DNA of 64,000 nt from Dehalococcoidia bacterium (GCA_965214635.1 OZ243964.1:2195696-2259695), one strand, 5' to 3'. Shown: positions 8,507 to 19,108, counted from the first letter of the stretch. Made by a program: numbers and translations. Notes: generated by a model not told the origin, from the sequence alone.

Positions 8507-11026
8507 CTAGCGGAACCGTCGCAGGCGCAGCGAGTTCGTCAGCACGGTTACCGAGCTTATCGCCATTGCGGCAGCGGCGAGGATGGGGTTCAGGAAACCG
8601 TGTTCGCCAAGGATGGGGGTGAGGGCATCGGGGACGCCGCCGGCTGCGAACACAGGATAAAGCACGCCCGCCGCAACGGGGATGAGCGCCACATTGTAGG
8701 CGAACGCCCAAAACAGATTCTGGCGGATGGAGCGCATCGTGGCGCGGCTGAGCCGTATTGCCGTGTCCACAGCGTTGAGATCTGAGCGCACAAGCGTTAT
8801 GTCTGCCGCTTCCATCGCCACATCCGCACCTGCGCCGATGGCGAAACCCACATCTGCCTGTGCCAGTGCCGGCGTGTCGTTGATGCCGTCTCCAACCATC
8901 CCGACTACCTTGCCCTGCCGCTGAAGCGCAGCGATGTGCTCGGCTTTTTCCTGCGGTATCACACCTGCAATCACGCTGCGGATGCCCACTTGCGCGGCGA
9001 TGGCGTCCGCCACGCGCTGGTTGTCCCCGCTCAACATCACCACATCCAATCCGGATTGCATCAGGCGGCGCACGCTGTCTTTGGCTTCGGGGCGTATGGT
9101 GTCTGCGACCGCAACCACGCCCACCGCATCGCCGTCCGCAGCGACGAACACAGGCGTGTTGCCACGCTCCGCCATCGCATCCGCAATCTCATCGCAGCGG
9201 TCTAGGCGCACATCGTGATGGCGCATCAAAGTCAGATTACCCACGAGCAGGCGTCGACTGCCCACGACAGCAGATACGCCGAAGCCGGGCAGCGCCGTAA
9301 AGCCCTGATGCGTGTCGATCAGCAAGGCTCTGTCGGCTGCGGCGTCCGCTATCGCCCTGCCTATCGGATGCTCCGAAGACTGCTCTGCGGATGCGGCGAG
9401 GCGCAGCACTTCGTTAGGTTCGGTGGGGGCGTGCAGCCCGTCTGCGTCTGCCGCAGGCGCGCTCACCACCTCCACCACAGACGGCTTGCCGACCGTCAGC
9501 GTGCCGGTCTTGTCCAGTGCCACCGTGTCCAGTTTGTGCGCCCGTTCCAGCGTTTCTGCGCTGCGGATGAGAATGCCGAACTCTGCGCCCTTGCCTGTGC
9601 CGACCATAATAGCAGCGGGCGTTGCTAACCCAAGCGCGCACGGGCACGCGATGATTAGCACCGCAACCGCCGTCAGCGTGGCGTGCAGATACGCCGGCGC
9701 AGGCCCGAGCACGAGCCAGAACCCGAATGTCAGCAGCGCCACACCAATCACGGCGGGGACAAAATACGCCGATATGCGGTCTGCTAGCCGCTGCACAGGC
9801 GCCTTGGACGCCTGCGCCTGCTCGACCAGTCGTATGATCTGCGCCAGCATCGTGTCGCGCCCGACCTTGCTCGCCCTGAATGTGAAGCTGCCAGTGGTGT
9901 TTAGCGTTGCGGCGAACACTGCGCTGCCGGGCGACTTGTCCACCGGGATGCTCTCTCCGCTGAGCATGGATTCGTCTACTGCGGAACTGCCATGCAGCAC
10001 CACGCCGTCTATGGGGATGCGCTCGCCGGGGCGCACGATGACTTCATCGCCGACCTGCAGTTCGTCTATGGGCGCTTGTGTCTCGATGCCGTTGCGGACT
10101 ACATGCGCCGTGTCTGGCTGCAAGCTCATCAGCGCGCGGATTGCGCCGGATGCGCGATGCTTGGCACGCGCCTCGAGATACTTGCCCAGCAGCACGAGCG
10201 CAATGATGGCGGTGGATGTGTCGAAGAATGTGTGCGCCGCTGCGCCCCCGACGCTTGCCGTTGCGGCGTCGAGCAGCGCCGTTCCGCTCAGCAGTGTAAC
10301 AGCGGCGCTGTAGCCGTATGCCACGCTCGTGCCGACCGCAATGAGCGTGTTCATGTTCGTGGTGCGATGCTTGAGAGCGCCCCATGCGCCGCGATAGAAC
10401 TGCGAACCGCCGACGAACTGCACCGGCGTCGCGAGCACTAGCAGCAGGTAGTCTAGGCTGAACGGCAATGCGGTGCGCACACTGGGAATGAACATCAGCG
10501 CCATAATTGCGGCGGCGATGATGATGCTGAACACTAGCTTGCGGCGTAGAACGGCAAGCGCGCGCGGCGTTGCAGGGTCGTCGTCGGCATCCGATGCGGC
10601 GGTTACAAGCGAATATCCCGCATCCTCGATGGCGTGGCGCATGTCGGATATGGCAACTACGCCGGGGATATATTCCACCGATGCGCGCTCGGTGGCGAGG
10701 CTGACGCTCGCATCCGCGATGCCATCCACGCCAGTAAGCGCCGCTTCGATATGCGCCACGCATGCGGCGCAGGTCATCCCGCCCACGACGAGCGTTATGC
10801 GCTCGGTGGCTATGCCATAGCCGGCGTCTTCCACAGCGTAGCGCAGCGCATCCAGCGGCACATTGCCGTTGTCTAATGCAAGTGTCGCCTTCTCGGACGC
10901 TAGGCTGACGCTGACATCGCTGATGCCGGGCAAATCCTCGATAGCGTTGGCGACATGGCTGACGCATGCGGCGCAGGTCATCCCCGTGATAGGAACTACC
11001 ATGCGCTCTTCGGTGTTTACAGGCAT
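8507..11026 (-). CDS. copA: copper-translocating P1B-type ATPase
   Basis: Two N-terminal HMA domains (GMTCAACV twice), CPC transmembrane motif (ACPCALGLATP), DKTGTLT phosphorylation site, GDGINDTPAL hinge. The ORF could extend to 11065. Confidence 0.9.
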   Translation of the reverse strand: MPVNTEERMVVPITGMTCAACVSHVANAIEDLPGISDVSVSLASEKATLALDNGNVPLDALRYAVEDAGYGIATERITLVVGGMTCAACVAHIEAALTGVDGIADASVSLATERASVEYIPGVVAISDMRHAIEDAGYSLVTAASDADDDPATPRALAVLRRKLVFSIIIAAAIMALMFIPSVRTALPFSLDYLLLVLATPVQFVGGSQFYRGAWGALKHRTTNMNTLIAVGTSVAYGYSAAVTLLSGTALLDAATASVGGAAAHTFFDTSTAIIALVLLGKYLEARAKHRASGAIRALMSLQPDTAHVVRNGIETQAPIDELQVGDEVIVRPGERIPIDGVVLHGSSAVDESMLSGESIPVDKSPGSAVFAATLNTTGSFTFRASKVGRDTMLAQIIRLVEQAQASKAPVQRLADRISAYFVPAVIGVALLTFGFWLVLGPAPAYLHATLTAVAVLIIACPCALGLATPAAIMVGTGKGAEFGILIRSAETLERAHKLDTVALDKTGTLTVGKPSVVEVVSAPAADADGLHAPTEPNEVLRLAASAEQSSEHPIGRAIADAAADRALLIDTHQGFTALPGFGVSAVVGSRRLLVGNLTLMRHHDVRLDRCDEIADAMAERGNTPVFVAADGDAVGVVAVADTIRPEAKDSVRRLMQSGLDVVMLSGDNQRVADAIAAQVGIRSVIAGVIPQEKAEHIAALQRQGKVVGMVGDGINDTPALAQADVGFAIGAGADVAMEAADITLVRSDLNAVDTAIRLSRATMRSIRQNLFWAFAYNVALIPVAAGVLYPVFAAGGVPDALTPILGEHGFLNPILAAAAMAISSVTVLTNSLRLRRFR

Positions 11027-11235
11027 TTTTCGCCCCAGTATGGCTGCGCTGTGTCTTGCAGGCAAGCCGCTTGCAGATGTTACCGCAAAGCGCTTATTAC
11101 GATGGTTAGATTATCGCACCGCCGGGCGGATTATGCCAGATGCGGTTTGCCTGCAAGACGGCGTAGCGTTCCCGATTATCAGCACCTGTCCGCCGACTAG
11201 CGGAAACGCTGCGCCGTTGTAGGGGGTCGTTCTTG

Positions 11236-11877
11236 CTAGAACGAGCGAATGACGCCGATGACGCGCCCGCGCACATGCACCCAGTCTGCAGGCACGACAA
11301 TCGGACTCATCGTGGAATTTTCGGGTTGGAGGCGGACGCTGTTGCCCTCCATATAGAAGCGCTTTAGGGTAACCTCGTCCTGTATCTCTGCGGCGACCAT
11401 CTCGCCTTGGTTTGCATTGCGGGTCGGCTCCAGAATCACGAGGTCGCCGTCTGCGATGAATGCGTCTATCATGGAGTCGCCCTTGACACGCAGCCCATAG
11501 GCGTCATCTCTGCCGCTGATCATGTCCAACGGCACATCCACCGACTCGAACTCGTCTACATATCGGGATGCCACCGACGGGATGTGCAGCGGCTCACCTG
11601 CGGCGATGTTGCCATAGACGGGTATGGTGGCTATCTTGGCGTGGACGCCGGCGTGCTCGCCGAGCAGCTGGATGCCGCGCGAGACTGCCTTGTCGCGGTG
11701 CAGGTAGCCCTCGCGCCTGAGGATTTCCAAGTTGTAGTCTACGACCGATGTTGAGCTTATCTCGCACCCCCTCTGGATGTCCCGCACGCTAGGCGGGTAG
11801 TGGTTTTCGCTGATGTAGCTCTTGATGAACTCCATCATTCGGGATTGCCGATCCGATAGCTTGCGTCTGCGTGCCAT
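11236..11877 (-). CDS. lexA: LexA repressor (S24 self-cleaving SOS regulator)
   Basis: N-terminal winged HTH (SVRDIQRGCEISSTSVVDYNLEILRREGYL), AAG cleavage region (GNIAAGEPL), S24 Ser/Lys dyad context (VKGDSMID ... LKRF). Confidence 0.9.
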   Translation of the reverse strand: MARRRKLSDRQSRMMEFIKSYISENHYPPSVRDIQRGCEISSTSVVDYNLEILRREGYLHRDKAVSRGIQLLGEHAGVHAKIATIPVYGNIAAGEPLHIPSVASRYVDEFESVDVPLDMISGRDDAYGLRVKGDSMIDAFIADGDLVILEPTRNANQGEMVAAEIQDEVTLKRFYMEGNSVRLQPENSTMSPIVVPADWVHVRGRVIGVIRSF

Positions 11878-12349
11878 AACGATTCCCTTCCTTATTAAGT
11901 CTCTAGGCTCTTGTGCCTCTTATTATCCGTCCGATTTCATCGCATGCACTGATGTTGGGGTGTGCGTCTGCGCTTTTAGGCATCCGCAATGTGCATTAGC
12001 ATGCTTCTTGGCGAACTCTGTTAGCGTTCACTGCTGATAGCTGATGTATTAGGATACTCGCCTTTCTTGTAAACTCGCGATACATTTGTTCGTTAGTATA
12101 GTTTGGCTAGAACGCAAGTGTCAATGCGTAAATTGCGAATTTTTGCTCTATTTTGAAAAAATGTTCAAAATTGCACTGCAGCGACGGCGGCGATTTACAG
12201 CCTGCTGGCATATCGCTATACTTGCAGGGCGTTGGCGCAGCGTCTCATCTGCGCCCTGAGTCAAAATAGCACAGACAGGTGTGCCGCCATCCAAAGGCGG
12301 ATGCGGCAGTGCATAGAGTTTACGACAACACAGGAAGGAAAAGGGTGAT

Positions 12350-13162
12350 ATGGGAGACCTCGACGGGAAAGTAGCAATCGTAACCGGAGCGGGTCGGCTG
12401 CGTGGCATCGGCAGGGCGGCGGCGGTCGAACTCGCTCGCATGGGCGCAGATGTGGTGGTAACCGGCACCGGGCGCAGCCCCGACCGCTATCCGCCTGACG
12501 AAAAGGCGATCGGCTGGCGCGATGTGGAGAGCACCGCCGAGCAGGTGCGCGCCGAGGGCAGGCGCGCCCTTACGCTGACCGTGGATGTGTCTAGCGCCGA
12601 CGATGTGCAGATGATGATAGACCGCACGGTGGAGGAGTTCGGCAGGGTGGATGTCCTCATCAACAACGCCGCATACGCCCGTGGGCCCGACCGCGTGCCA
12701 ATCTTGGAACTGCCGCAGGACATATTCCAACGCGTGGTGGACATCAAGATTACCGGCACATTTTTGTGCACGAAAGCCGCAATCAAGCAGATGATAGCGC
12801 AGGGCGATGGCGGCAAAATCGTCAACATATCGTCCACGGCGGGCAAGCGCGGCAGTGCCAACACACTCGCATATAACGCCTCCAATTTTGCGCTGGTGGG
12901 GATGACGCAATCTATGGCGCGCGAACTTGGGCAGCACGGCATCAATGTGAACTGCGTCTGCCCCGGCGCCGTAGACACGCACCGCATGGATGACATCGAC
13001 CGCGACACGCGCTGGGTGGAGATGGCGGAGACCACGCCCATCGGCAGGAACGGCACCGACGACGAAGTGGGCGCTTTCTGCGCCTATCTCTGCTCCGACG
13101 CCGCATCGTGGATTCACGGCCAGTCCATCAACATCAACGGCGGCACGGTGATGGAACACTAG
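12350..13162 (+). CDS. SDR-family oxidoreductase (FabG-like), tandem paralog A
   Basis: TGAGRLRGIG dinucleotide motif, NNAA, active-site YNASNFA (YxxxN variant). SD AGGAAGGA upstream. Confidence 0.85.
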   Translation: MGDLDGKVAIVTGAGRLRGIGRAAAVELARMGADVVVTGTGRSPDRYPPDEKAIGWRDVESTAEQVRAEGRRALTLTVDVSSADDVQMMIDRTVEEFGRVDVLINNAAYARGPDRVPILELPQDIFQRVVDIKITGTFLCTKAAIKQMIAQGDGGKIVNISSTAGKRGSANTLAYNASNFALVGMTQSMARELGQHGINVNCVCPGAVDTHRMDDIDRDTRWVEMAETTPIGRNGTDDEVGAFCAYLCSDAASWIHGQSININGGTVMEH

Positions 13163-13209
13163 ACCCGTATTAGGGGCTAGTTGGATTTTCCCTGATTGAG
13201 GGCGGCGTA

Positions 13210-14019
13210 ATGGGCGAACTAGGCGGCAAGGTTGCAATCGTAACGGGAGCGGGTCGGCTGCGCGGTATCGGCAGGGGCACTGCGGTTGCGCTGGCGCGGC
13301 TGGGCGCAGATGTGGTGGTAACCGGCACTGGGCGCAGTCCCGACCGCTACCCGCCCGACGAAAAGGCGGTTGGCTGGCGCGACATCCATAGCACGGCGGA
13401 GCAGGTGCGTGCCTTGGGTAGGCGCGCCCTGCCCATCGTCGTGGATGTGGCAGACGCCGCCGATGTTCAGCGCATGGTGGAGAGCACCCTTGCCGAGTTC
13501 GGCAGGATAGACATCCTCGTCAACAACGCCGCATATGCGCGCGGGCCAGACCGCGTCCCCATCGTTGACCTGCAGCAGGACATCTTTCAGCGCGTCATAG
13601 ATGTGAAGATACGCGGCACATATCTTTGCACCAAAGCCGTCATAGCACCGATGATAGCGCAGGGCGGCGGCAAGATTGTCAATATTTCGTCCGGCTCTGG
13701 CAAGACGGGCAGCGCCAACAATCTTGCGTACACAACGGCGTGTTTCGCTCAGGTGGGGATGACGCAGTCCATGGCGCACGAGCTTGGGCAGCACGGCATC
13801 AATGTGAACTGCATCTGTCCCGGCGCAGTAGACACCTCGCGCGTGGACGACATAGGTCGCGGTGCGGCGTGGGATGCGCTGGGAAGCAGGATTCCCATTG
13901 GCAGAACCGGCACGGACGCCGAAGTGGGCGCATTCGCCGCCTACCTATGCACCGAAGCGGCATCGTGGATACACGGCCAGTCCATCAACATGGACGGCGG
14001 CGGCACGATGGAGCACTAG
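13210..14019 (+). CDS. SDR-family oxidoreductase (FabG-like), tandem paralog B
   Basis: 269 aa, collinear with and highly similar to 12350..13162. Same unusual insert TGTGRSPDRYPPDEKA.GWRD in both. Confidence 0.85.
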   Translation: MGELGGKVAIVTGAGRLRGIGRGTAVALARLGADVVVTGTGRSPDRYPPDEKAVGWRDIHSTAEQVRALGRRALPIVVDVADAADVQRMVESTLAEFGRIDILVNNAAYARGPDRVPIVDLQQDIFQRVIDVKIRGTYLCTKAVIAPMIAQGGGKIVNISSGSGKTGSANNLAYTTACFAQVGMTQSMAHELGQHGINVNCICPGAVDTSRVDDIGRGAAWDALGSRIPIGRTGTDAEVGAFAAYLCTEAASWIHGQSINMDGGGTMEH

Positions 14020-14029
14020 GCGTCGGGCG

Positions 14030-14464
14030 TTATCCCCTCCGCATCGGCAGCGTTACCACGGCGTTGCCGATGACTAGCCGTGTGCCCTCTTCGTTCTGCA
14101 AGAACACATCGCACTCTATGCGCGGCTCGCCGTCTATCACATCCTTGTCCGTGATGATGCCGCTCAGCGTCAGCGGCTTGTTGTGCGGCACCATTCCTCG
14201 GAACACCACATCCAGCTTCCGCAGGCGAGCCGTCTCTGCCCAGCCCGTGAGCAGCTGCGACAGGATGGTGATGTTCATGGCGCCCGGCACGATTGCGCCG
14301 TCAAGCCCCTCGGACTTGGCGTAGTCATCGTCGGTGAAGCGACTGACGCCGGGTGTGCCGCCGCGCACGCTCAGAAAGCGGCGCACCTGCTCCACATCCA
14401 CCACGCGCTCTTGCGGGCCGATGTCATCCCCGATGTCAACATCTTCGAAGTATATTTGCTTCAT
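14030..14464 (-). CDS. MaoC-like (R)-specific enoyl-CoA hydratase/dehydratase hot-dog subunit
   Basis: MKQIYFEDVDIGD... with MaoC-dehydratase-like core (IVPGAMNITILSQLLTGW). Its start ATG overlaps the upstream gene's stop as ATGA. Confidence 0.75.
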   Translation of the reverse strand: MKQIYFEDVDIGDDIGPQERVVDVEQVRRFLSVRGGTPGVSRFTDDDYAKSEGLDGAIVPGAMNITILSQLLTGWAETARLRKLDVVFRGMVPHNKPLTLSGIITDKDVIDGEPRIECDVFLQNEEGTRLVIGNAVVTLPMRRG

Positions 14465-14931
14465 CACTGCCTTCGGCTGTTCCTTCTCACATAAGATTCG
14501 TCCACCAGCGCCACGGTTTCGCCGTCTTGGTTGGCGAAGCGCGTCTCCCACACGGCGAACACCATCTTGCCGGAGCGCCCGGTCTTGGCGTACACCTCTT
14601 TGAGGCGCGATGTGGCGTCTAGCGTATCGCCGGGACGGATGGGCGCAAGGCTCTCTATGGACTGCCCGGCGAAGAACCCGATGTCCCCGAACTCCAGCTT
14701 GATGTCCGGTTTTTCGTTGCCGTTGATGAACAGGTTGCAGAATGTGGGCGGCGCAATGATGCCGCCGTACTCCGACATTGCGGCGCGCTCTTCGTCCACA
14801 TAGATGGGGTTCACCTCGCCCGCCGCTTGGGAGAAGTCCAATATCATCTGCTTGCTTATCTCGAATCTCCCGACGGGGAACTCTTGGTTCAAGAAACTGC
14901 GCTCGTAGATGATGCCAGCGTCGGTGGTCAT
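14464..14931 (-). CDS. MaoC_dehydrat_N-like hot-dog subunit (partner of 14030..14464)
   Basis: 155-aa ORF from MTTDAGIIYERSF... containing FSQAAGEVNPIYVDEE and IIAPPTF, typical of the N-type hot-dog partner. The 289-aa track ORF upstream of this Met is Arg/His-rich and unlikely to be coding. Confidence 0.75.
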   Translation of the reverse strand: MTTDAGIIYERSFLNQEFPVGRFEISKQMILDFSQAAGEVNPIYVDEERAAMSEYGGIIAPPTFCNLFINGNEKPDIKLEFGDIGFFAGQSIESLAPIRPGDTLDATSRLKEVYAKTGRSGKMVFAVWETRFANQDGETVALVDESYVRRNSRRQ

Positions 14932-15005
14932 TGTTCGCTCCCGAATGGTCGGCTGTGGGTTGTGTGTCATCAGTGAATTGTCGGGTGTATGATGTCGTGT
15001 CGAGG

Positions 15006-15659
15006 CTAGACGGCTGTGGTGTCCTCGATGCGCACAGAGCGGAACGCGCCGCCGCGCAGTTCGCGCACGATGTCGGCTTCGGTGCGGATGGGGTTGTCGA
15101 ACTGCGTCATGCAGCTGCCGATGGCGCTGACCACATGGGCGTCGCTGCCGCCTGTGCCGGCGTACTTGTGCGCGGCTATCAGCGCATCGGCGCGTTCTTG
15201 CTCGCCGGGTCGGTTGCTGCCGTTCAGCCGCTCCACGATGCGAATGTCGTCGAACCCCGCCACATCGTCTACATACTCGCAGAAGCCGATGCCGAACCTG
15301 CCCGGATGCGCCGGCACAGCAATGGCACCGCAACGGTCAGCGGCGCTCACAAGTGTTGGGGCGTCCAAATGCACATCCGCAAAGTCGATTTCGTCTGCAA
15401 GCGCCTCCGTGATGCCATACACGAGGAAGTGGCCGCAGTTCGTGTCTAGCTCCGCCCCCTTCAGTATCAGCACATCGTTGTCCGCCGCAAGTGCGCTGTA
15501 GTCGACATCGAAGTCGAATTGGCGATGCTCTGTCAGCACGAAGCCGTCGATGCGGTAGCCTTTGCGTCTCAGCACGCCGACCCACTTGACATACTGCTTC
15601 ACTGTGGCGCGTGCGTCATCTGACGCAACCGAGTGGGTATGCAAATCAACAAACATCAT
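15006..15659 (-). CDS. PHP-domain (polymerase/histidinol-phosphatase-like) metal-dependent phosphoesterase
   Basis: N-terminal DLHTHSVASDD, internal PAHP and GGSDAH motifs characteristic of PHP domains. Confidence 0.75.
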   Translation of the reverse strand: MMFVDLHTHSVASDDARATVKQYVKWVGVLRRKGYRIDGFVLTEHRQFDFDVDYSALAADNDVLILKGAELDTNCGHFLVYGITEALADEIDFADVHLDAPTLVSAADRCGAIAVPAHPGRFGIGFCEYVDDVAGFDDIRIVERLNGSNRPGEQERADALIAAHKYAGTGGSDAHVVSAIGSCMTQFDNPIRTEADIVRELRGGAFRSVRIEDTTAV

Positions 15660-15852
15660 CCGAATAGTAGGCTAGGCGGCGGCTTGCGTCAAGTTTTTTC
15701 TGCGGGCATGCGGCTGCGATGTGCTCTCTGCAATGCGCTCATTCAGGGCAGGGGCTTTTTGCTGCGCTTGCGCCTGCCTACACATCCACAGCGCGCCGTG
15801 ATACATTTGACCCCGATTATCGGTGTTCGAACTAACACACGGAGGCGTTCAT

Positions 15853-16629
15853 ATGGACTTGGGAATCAAAGGCAGGGTTGCGCTGGTAACGGGCGGCAGC
15901 CGCGGATTGGGCAGACATGCGGCGTTGTCGCTGGCGCGCGAGGGCGTGGATGTCGCCATATGCGGACGCACGCAAGCCACGCTCGACAGCACGGTGGCTG
16001 AACTTGCGGCGCTGGGCGTTCGAGCGCTGGGCGTCGTCGCTGATGTGTCCGACGCCGAGACGATGCCTGCCCTGCATCGACAGGTGGCAGACGGACTGGG
16101 CGAAGTGGACATCCTCGTGAACAACGCCGGCGGCTCACGCGCCCGTGAGGACATCGCCGACCTGCCGCTGGAGGACTTCAAGGCTGCGTTCGACCTCAAC
16201 CTGTTCGGCGGCTTCCAGCTGATGCGTGAGGTCATCCCACATATGCGGGCGCAGAGGTGGGGGCGCATCATCAACATAGCGTCCATTTACGGGCGTGAAC
16301 ACGGCGGCAACCTGTCGTATATGTCTGCCAAAGCTGCGCTTATCGGCGCCACAAAGCACGCTGCGCTGAGCCTCGTTACCGACGGCGTGCTAGTTAACAG
16401 CATCGCACCCGGCAGCATAGAGCACCCACAAGGCTCATGGGAGCGCTTTCAGAATGAGAACCCGCCGGAGGTCGTGGCGGATTTCATATCACGCAACCTG
16501 CCGATGGGACGCTTCGGCTGGCCCGAGCCGGTGGGCGACCTTGTGGCGTTCCTCGCATCCGAGCGCGCTGGTCTCATCACTGGCGCCTGCATAGTCGTGG
16601 ACGGCGGGCAGGGGTACTCTATGATATAG
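15853..16629 (+). CDS. SDR-family oxidoreductase (3-oxoacyl-ACP reductase-like)
   Basis: ALVTGGSRGLG, NNAG, YMSAKAA catalytic motif. The ATG at 15853 has a GGAGG SD; the track ORF starts at 15823. Confidence 0.85.
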   Translation: MDLGIKGRVALVTGGSRGLGRHAALSLAREGVDVAICGRTQATLDSTVAELAALGVRALGVVADVSDAETMPALHRQVADGLGEVDILVNNAGGSRAREDIADLPLEDFKAAFDLNLFGGFQLMREVIPHMRAQRWGRIINIASIYGREHGGNLSYMSAKAALIGATKHAALSLVTDGVLVNSIAPGSIEHPQGSWERFQNENPPEVVADFISRNLPMGRFGWPEPVGDLVAFLASERAGLITGACIVVDGGQGYSMI

Positions 16630-16946
16630 GTGCGCCTGTTCACATCAGCACGGCGAGCATTACAAGCACGAGCGTCAGGCTCTGACCGCCCACTATCAGC
16701 GCCGCTAGCAACGCCACCATCAGGAGAATGGCAGCGACCATCGTCGAATATGCCTGCTGCGATGATGACGCGCTTTCAGGATGTCCCGCCCCACATGGTC
16801 TATGCCCAAGGGGATGCGCTCCCAATTAGTACGCCCGACGCGTGTGTCTGTTCGACGAACATGGCGGCTCGCCTACGAGGTTGAGGGTGCGGCGTTGGCG
16901 GGTAAGATATAATACCCACAGGGCTTTCGGATGTTAGGGAGCGTAT

Positions 16947-17732
16947 ATGTGGGACGGCATTTTGCTGGGGGCGTTGCAAGGTGTGGTGGAATGGCTGCCC
17001 ATAAGCTCGGAGGGTGTGGTGGGGGCGGTGTACGCCTTCTTTCTAGACCGACCAATCAGCGAGGGCGTGGCGTATGCGCTGTGGCTGCATATGGGAACGG
17101 CAATATCCGCATTGGCGGCGTTCCATCGGACTTTGTTCGGTTTGGCGCGCGATGTGATACGCAGCCCCAAAAACCCGCCAAGCCTGTTCGGCTATCTGAT
17201 AGTGTCCACCGCCGTCAGTGCTGCGATAGGTTTGCCCGTGCTTCTGATGCTAAACGCGCTTTCGGGCAGTGTTGGTGCAGCGGCAATGGGCGTCATCGGG
17301 CTGCTGATGCTGGTAACCGGTGGGCTGCAGCTTCGCATGCCACCGGATGGCGCGCGCCGCACCGATGAGGTATCGGCTGTGGACGCGCTGCTGGCAGGCG
17401 TGGCACAGGGGCTGGCGGTGCTGCCGGGGCTTAGCCGCTCCGGGCTTACGGTAGCCGCACTGCTTGCGCGCCGCATCGACCACAAGAATGCGCTGCGGAT
17501 TAGCTTCCTAATGAGCGTTCCCGCTAGCATTGGGGCGGGGCTGTACGCTGGCATCAGCAATGGGCTGTACGCATCTGCGACGGCACTGACCGCGATGGGC
17601 GTTGCGGCGCTCTTGGGTCTGCTCACCATCAAGGCGCTGCTGAGCGTCGCCGAGAGGGTGAACTTTGCGTGGTTTGTGCTCATCATGGGCGCTGCAATAG
17701 CGATAAGCGCAGTGTGGCAGGTTTTGTCCTAA
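16947..17732 (+). CDS. uppP: undecaprenyl-diphosphate phosphatase
   Basis: BacA/UppP signature EWLPISSEG near the N-terminus and PGLSRSG motif. Polytopic membrane protein of 261 aa. Confidence 0.85.
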   Translation: MWDGILLGALQGVVEWLPISSEGVVGAVYAFFLDRPISEGVAYALWLHMGTAISALAAFHRTLFGLARDVIRSPKNPPSLFGYLIVSTAVSAAIGLPVLLMLNALSGSVGAAAMGVIGLLMLVTGGLQLRMPPDGARRTDEVSAVDALLAGVAQGLAVLPGLSRSGLTVAALLARRIDHKNALRISFLMSVPASIGAGLYAGISNGLYASATALTAMGVAALLGLLTIKALLSVAERVNFAWFVLIMGAAIAISAVWQVLS

Positions 17733-17954
17733 AAGAAAAGCAGCGACCGCGACGGTATTGCTCGGTTCGCTTTCTGCCCGGTGTAGCCCGCAAAGAGCCG
17801 CCGCCTAAATCCCTTCCATCATCCCCATGGGGGGGGGTGGAAGAGGCTAGGCCGGCGGCGATGTTCTCAGTTTAGGGGATTCGACGACTGCGCAAGGCTG
17901 GGGCTGCTCCACTCGGGGACATCCTTGTGCGTTGTGCGCAGTGAATGCCTTCGT

Positions 17955-18911
17955 CTACTGACGCGGCGGCTGAGCGGGAACAGGGTTGACTAGCCCGTTC
18001 CCCAGCGATATGGGTATAAGATCGTCCAGTTCGTCCAGCGTCCAGCGTGCGTTCTTGTGGATGCTGCGGATGACATGGCGCGGTGAGTACAGCGTGGCAG
18101 GCCAGCCGCTCGTGCCGATGACCTGACCTGTGAGTTCGCACGCCGATGAGGACAGATAGACCGCTTTGGGAGCGTTGTTCTCCGGCGCGCGCGCTTCAGG
18201 CGGCCCCATAATCGGCGCGCCCTGCGTGGTCTGCGTTGCGCCGGCGGACGCAGCCGCTGCTGCGCGCTGCTGCGTGCGGAGCTGCTGCGTGCTTTCGGGG
18301 ATGGTCTCCGTCATGCGGGTTGCACCGCCCGGATATACCGCGTTCACATTGATGCCGAACTCGTTCAGCTCGCGTGAGAGGGCGCGTGCGAAGCCGACCA
18401 TGCCCTCTTTGGCGGCGGCGTAGTTCGCCTGTCCCGATGCGCCCATGCCCGAGCCGGACGAGAACAGCACTATGCGCCCGTAGCCCTGATTTATCATGTG
18501 TGGCACAGCGTGGCGCACCATGTTGTATGCGCCGTAGAGGTGGACTTGCAACACGCCGTCCCACTCTTCTTCGGTCATGTTGAACACCATGCGGTCGCGC
18601 AGGATACCCGCCACATGGTTTAGGATGTCCAGACGCCCGAAGTTGTCGATGGCGGTCTGAATTATCTTGCCGGCTGATTCGTGGTCTGCGACGGAGTCGA
18701 AGTTGGCAACGGCGGTGCCGCCGCGCGCCTCAATCTCTGCCACCACCTGCGATGCGGGTGCGTCCGAGCCGCCGACGCCGTCCACGCCGCCTCCGAGGTC
18801 GTTCACAACCACAGATGCGCCCTCGTCTGCCAGCAGCATCGCAACGCTGCGCCCTATGCCGCGCCCTGCGCCGGTTACTATCGCTGCCTGTCCCTCTAAT
18901 CTCTTGCCCAT
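17955..18911 (-). CDS. SDR-family dehydrogenase, MFE-2 / hydroxyacyl-CoA dehydrogenase-like, with C-terminal extension
   Basis: Starts MGKRLEGQAAIVTGAGRGIGR. NDLGGGVDGVGGS insert typical of the MFE-2 type SDR domain. YAAAKEG catalytic motif. About 60-aa C-terminal tail. Confidence 0.8.
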   Translation of the reverse strand: MGKRLEGQAAIVTGAGRGIGRSVAMLLADEGASVVVNDLGGGVDGVGGSDAPASQVVAEIEARGGTAVANFDSVADHESAGKIIQTAIDNFGRLDILNHVAGILRDRMVFNMTEEEWDGVLQVHLYGAYNMVRHAVPHMINQGYGRIVLFSSGSGMGASGQANYAAAKEGMVGFARALSRELNEFGINVNAVYPGGATRMTETIPESTQQLRTQQRAAAAASAGATQTTQGAPIMGPPEARAPENNAPKAVYLSSSACELTGQVIGTSGWPATLYSPRHVIRSIHKNARWTLDELDDLIPISLGNGLVNPVPAQPPRQ

Positions 18912-19108
18912 TGCGTTTTCTCTCCCTGCTCTTTGCGTATTCTCAGGCTGCGCTGTTAGCGCCCTGCGTGGGTGAAATCCGCACAATCTGAGAGTACCCC
19001 TGATGAAAGTCTTTTGTGAGGTTGTGATATGAAAGCACCCGCCGTTTGCTATTCACCTAGTTTTGTGAATGTGGCAAAATACGGCGGCGCTTTCGGGGGA
19101 CCGCTGTG

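Noticed and set aside
16640-16741. 33-aa very hydrophobic mini-ORF (MVAAILLMVALLAALIVGGQSLTLVLVMLAVLM) between an SDR gene and uppP.
   Set aside because: No SD, no conservation information, and the composition could arise by chance in GC-rich DNA. Not reported as a gene.
17829-17837. G9 homopolymer in the intergenic region between the convergent uppP and SDR genes.
   Set aside because: It lies downstream of both genes, not in a promoter or coding 5' end, so no phase-variation mechanism is evident. It is probably incidental, though it is a potential sequencing-error hotspot.
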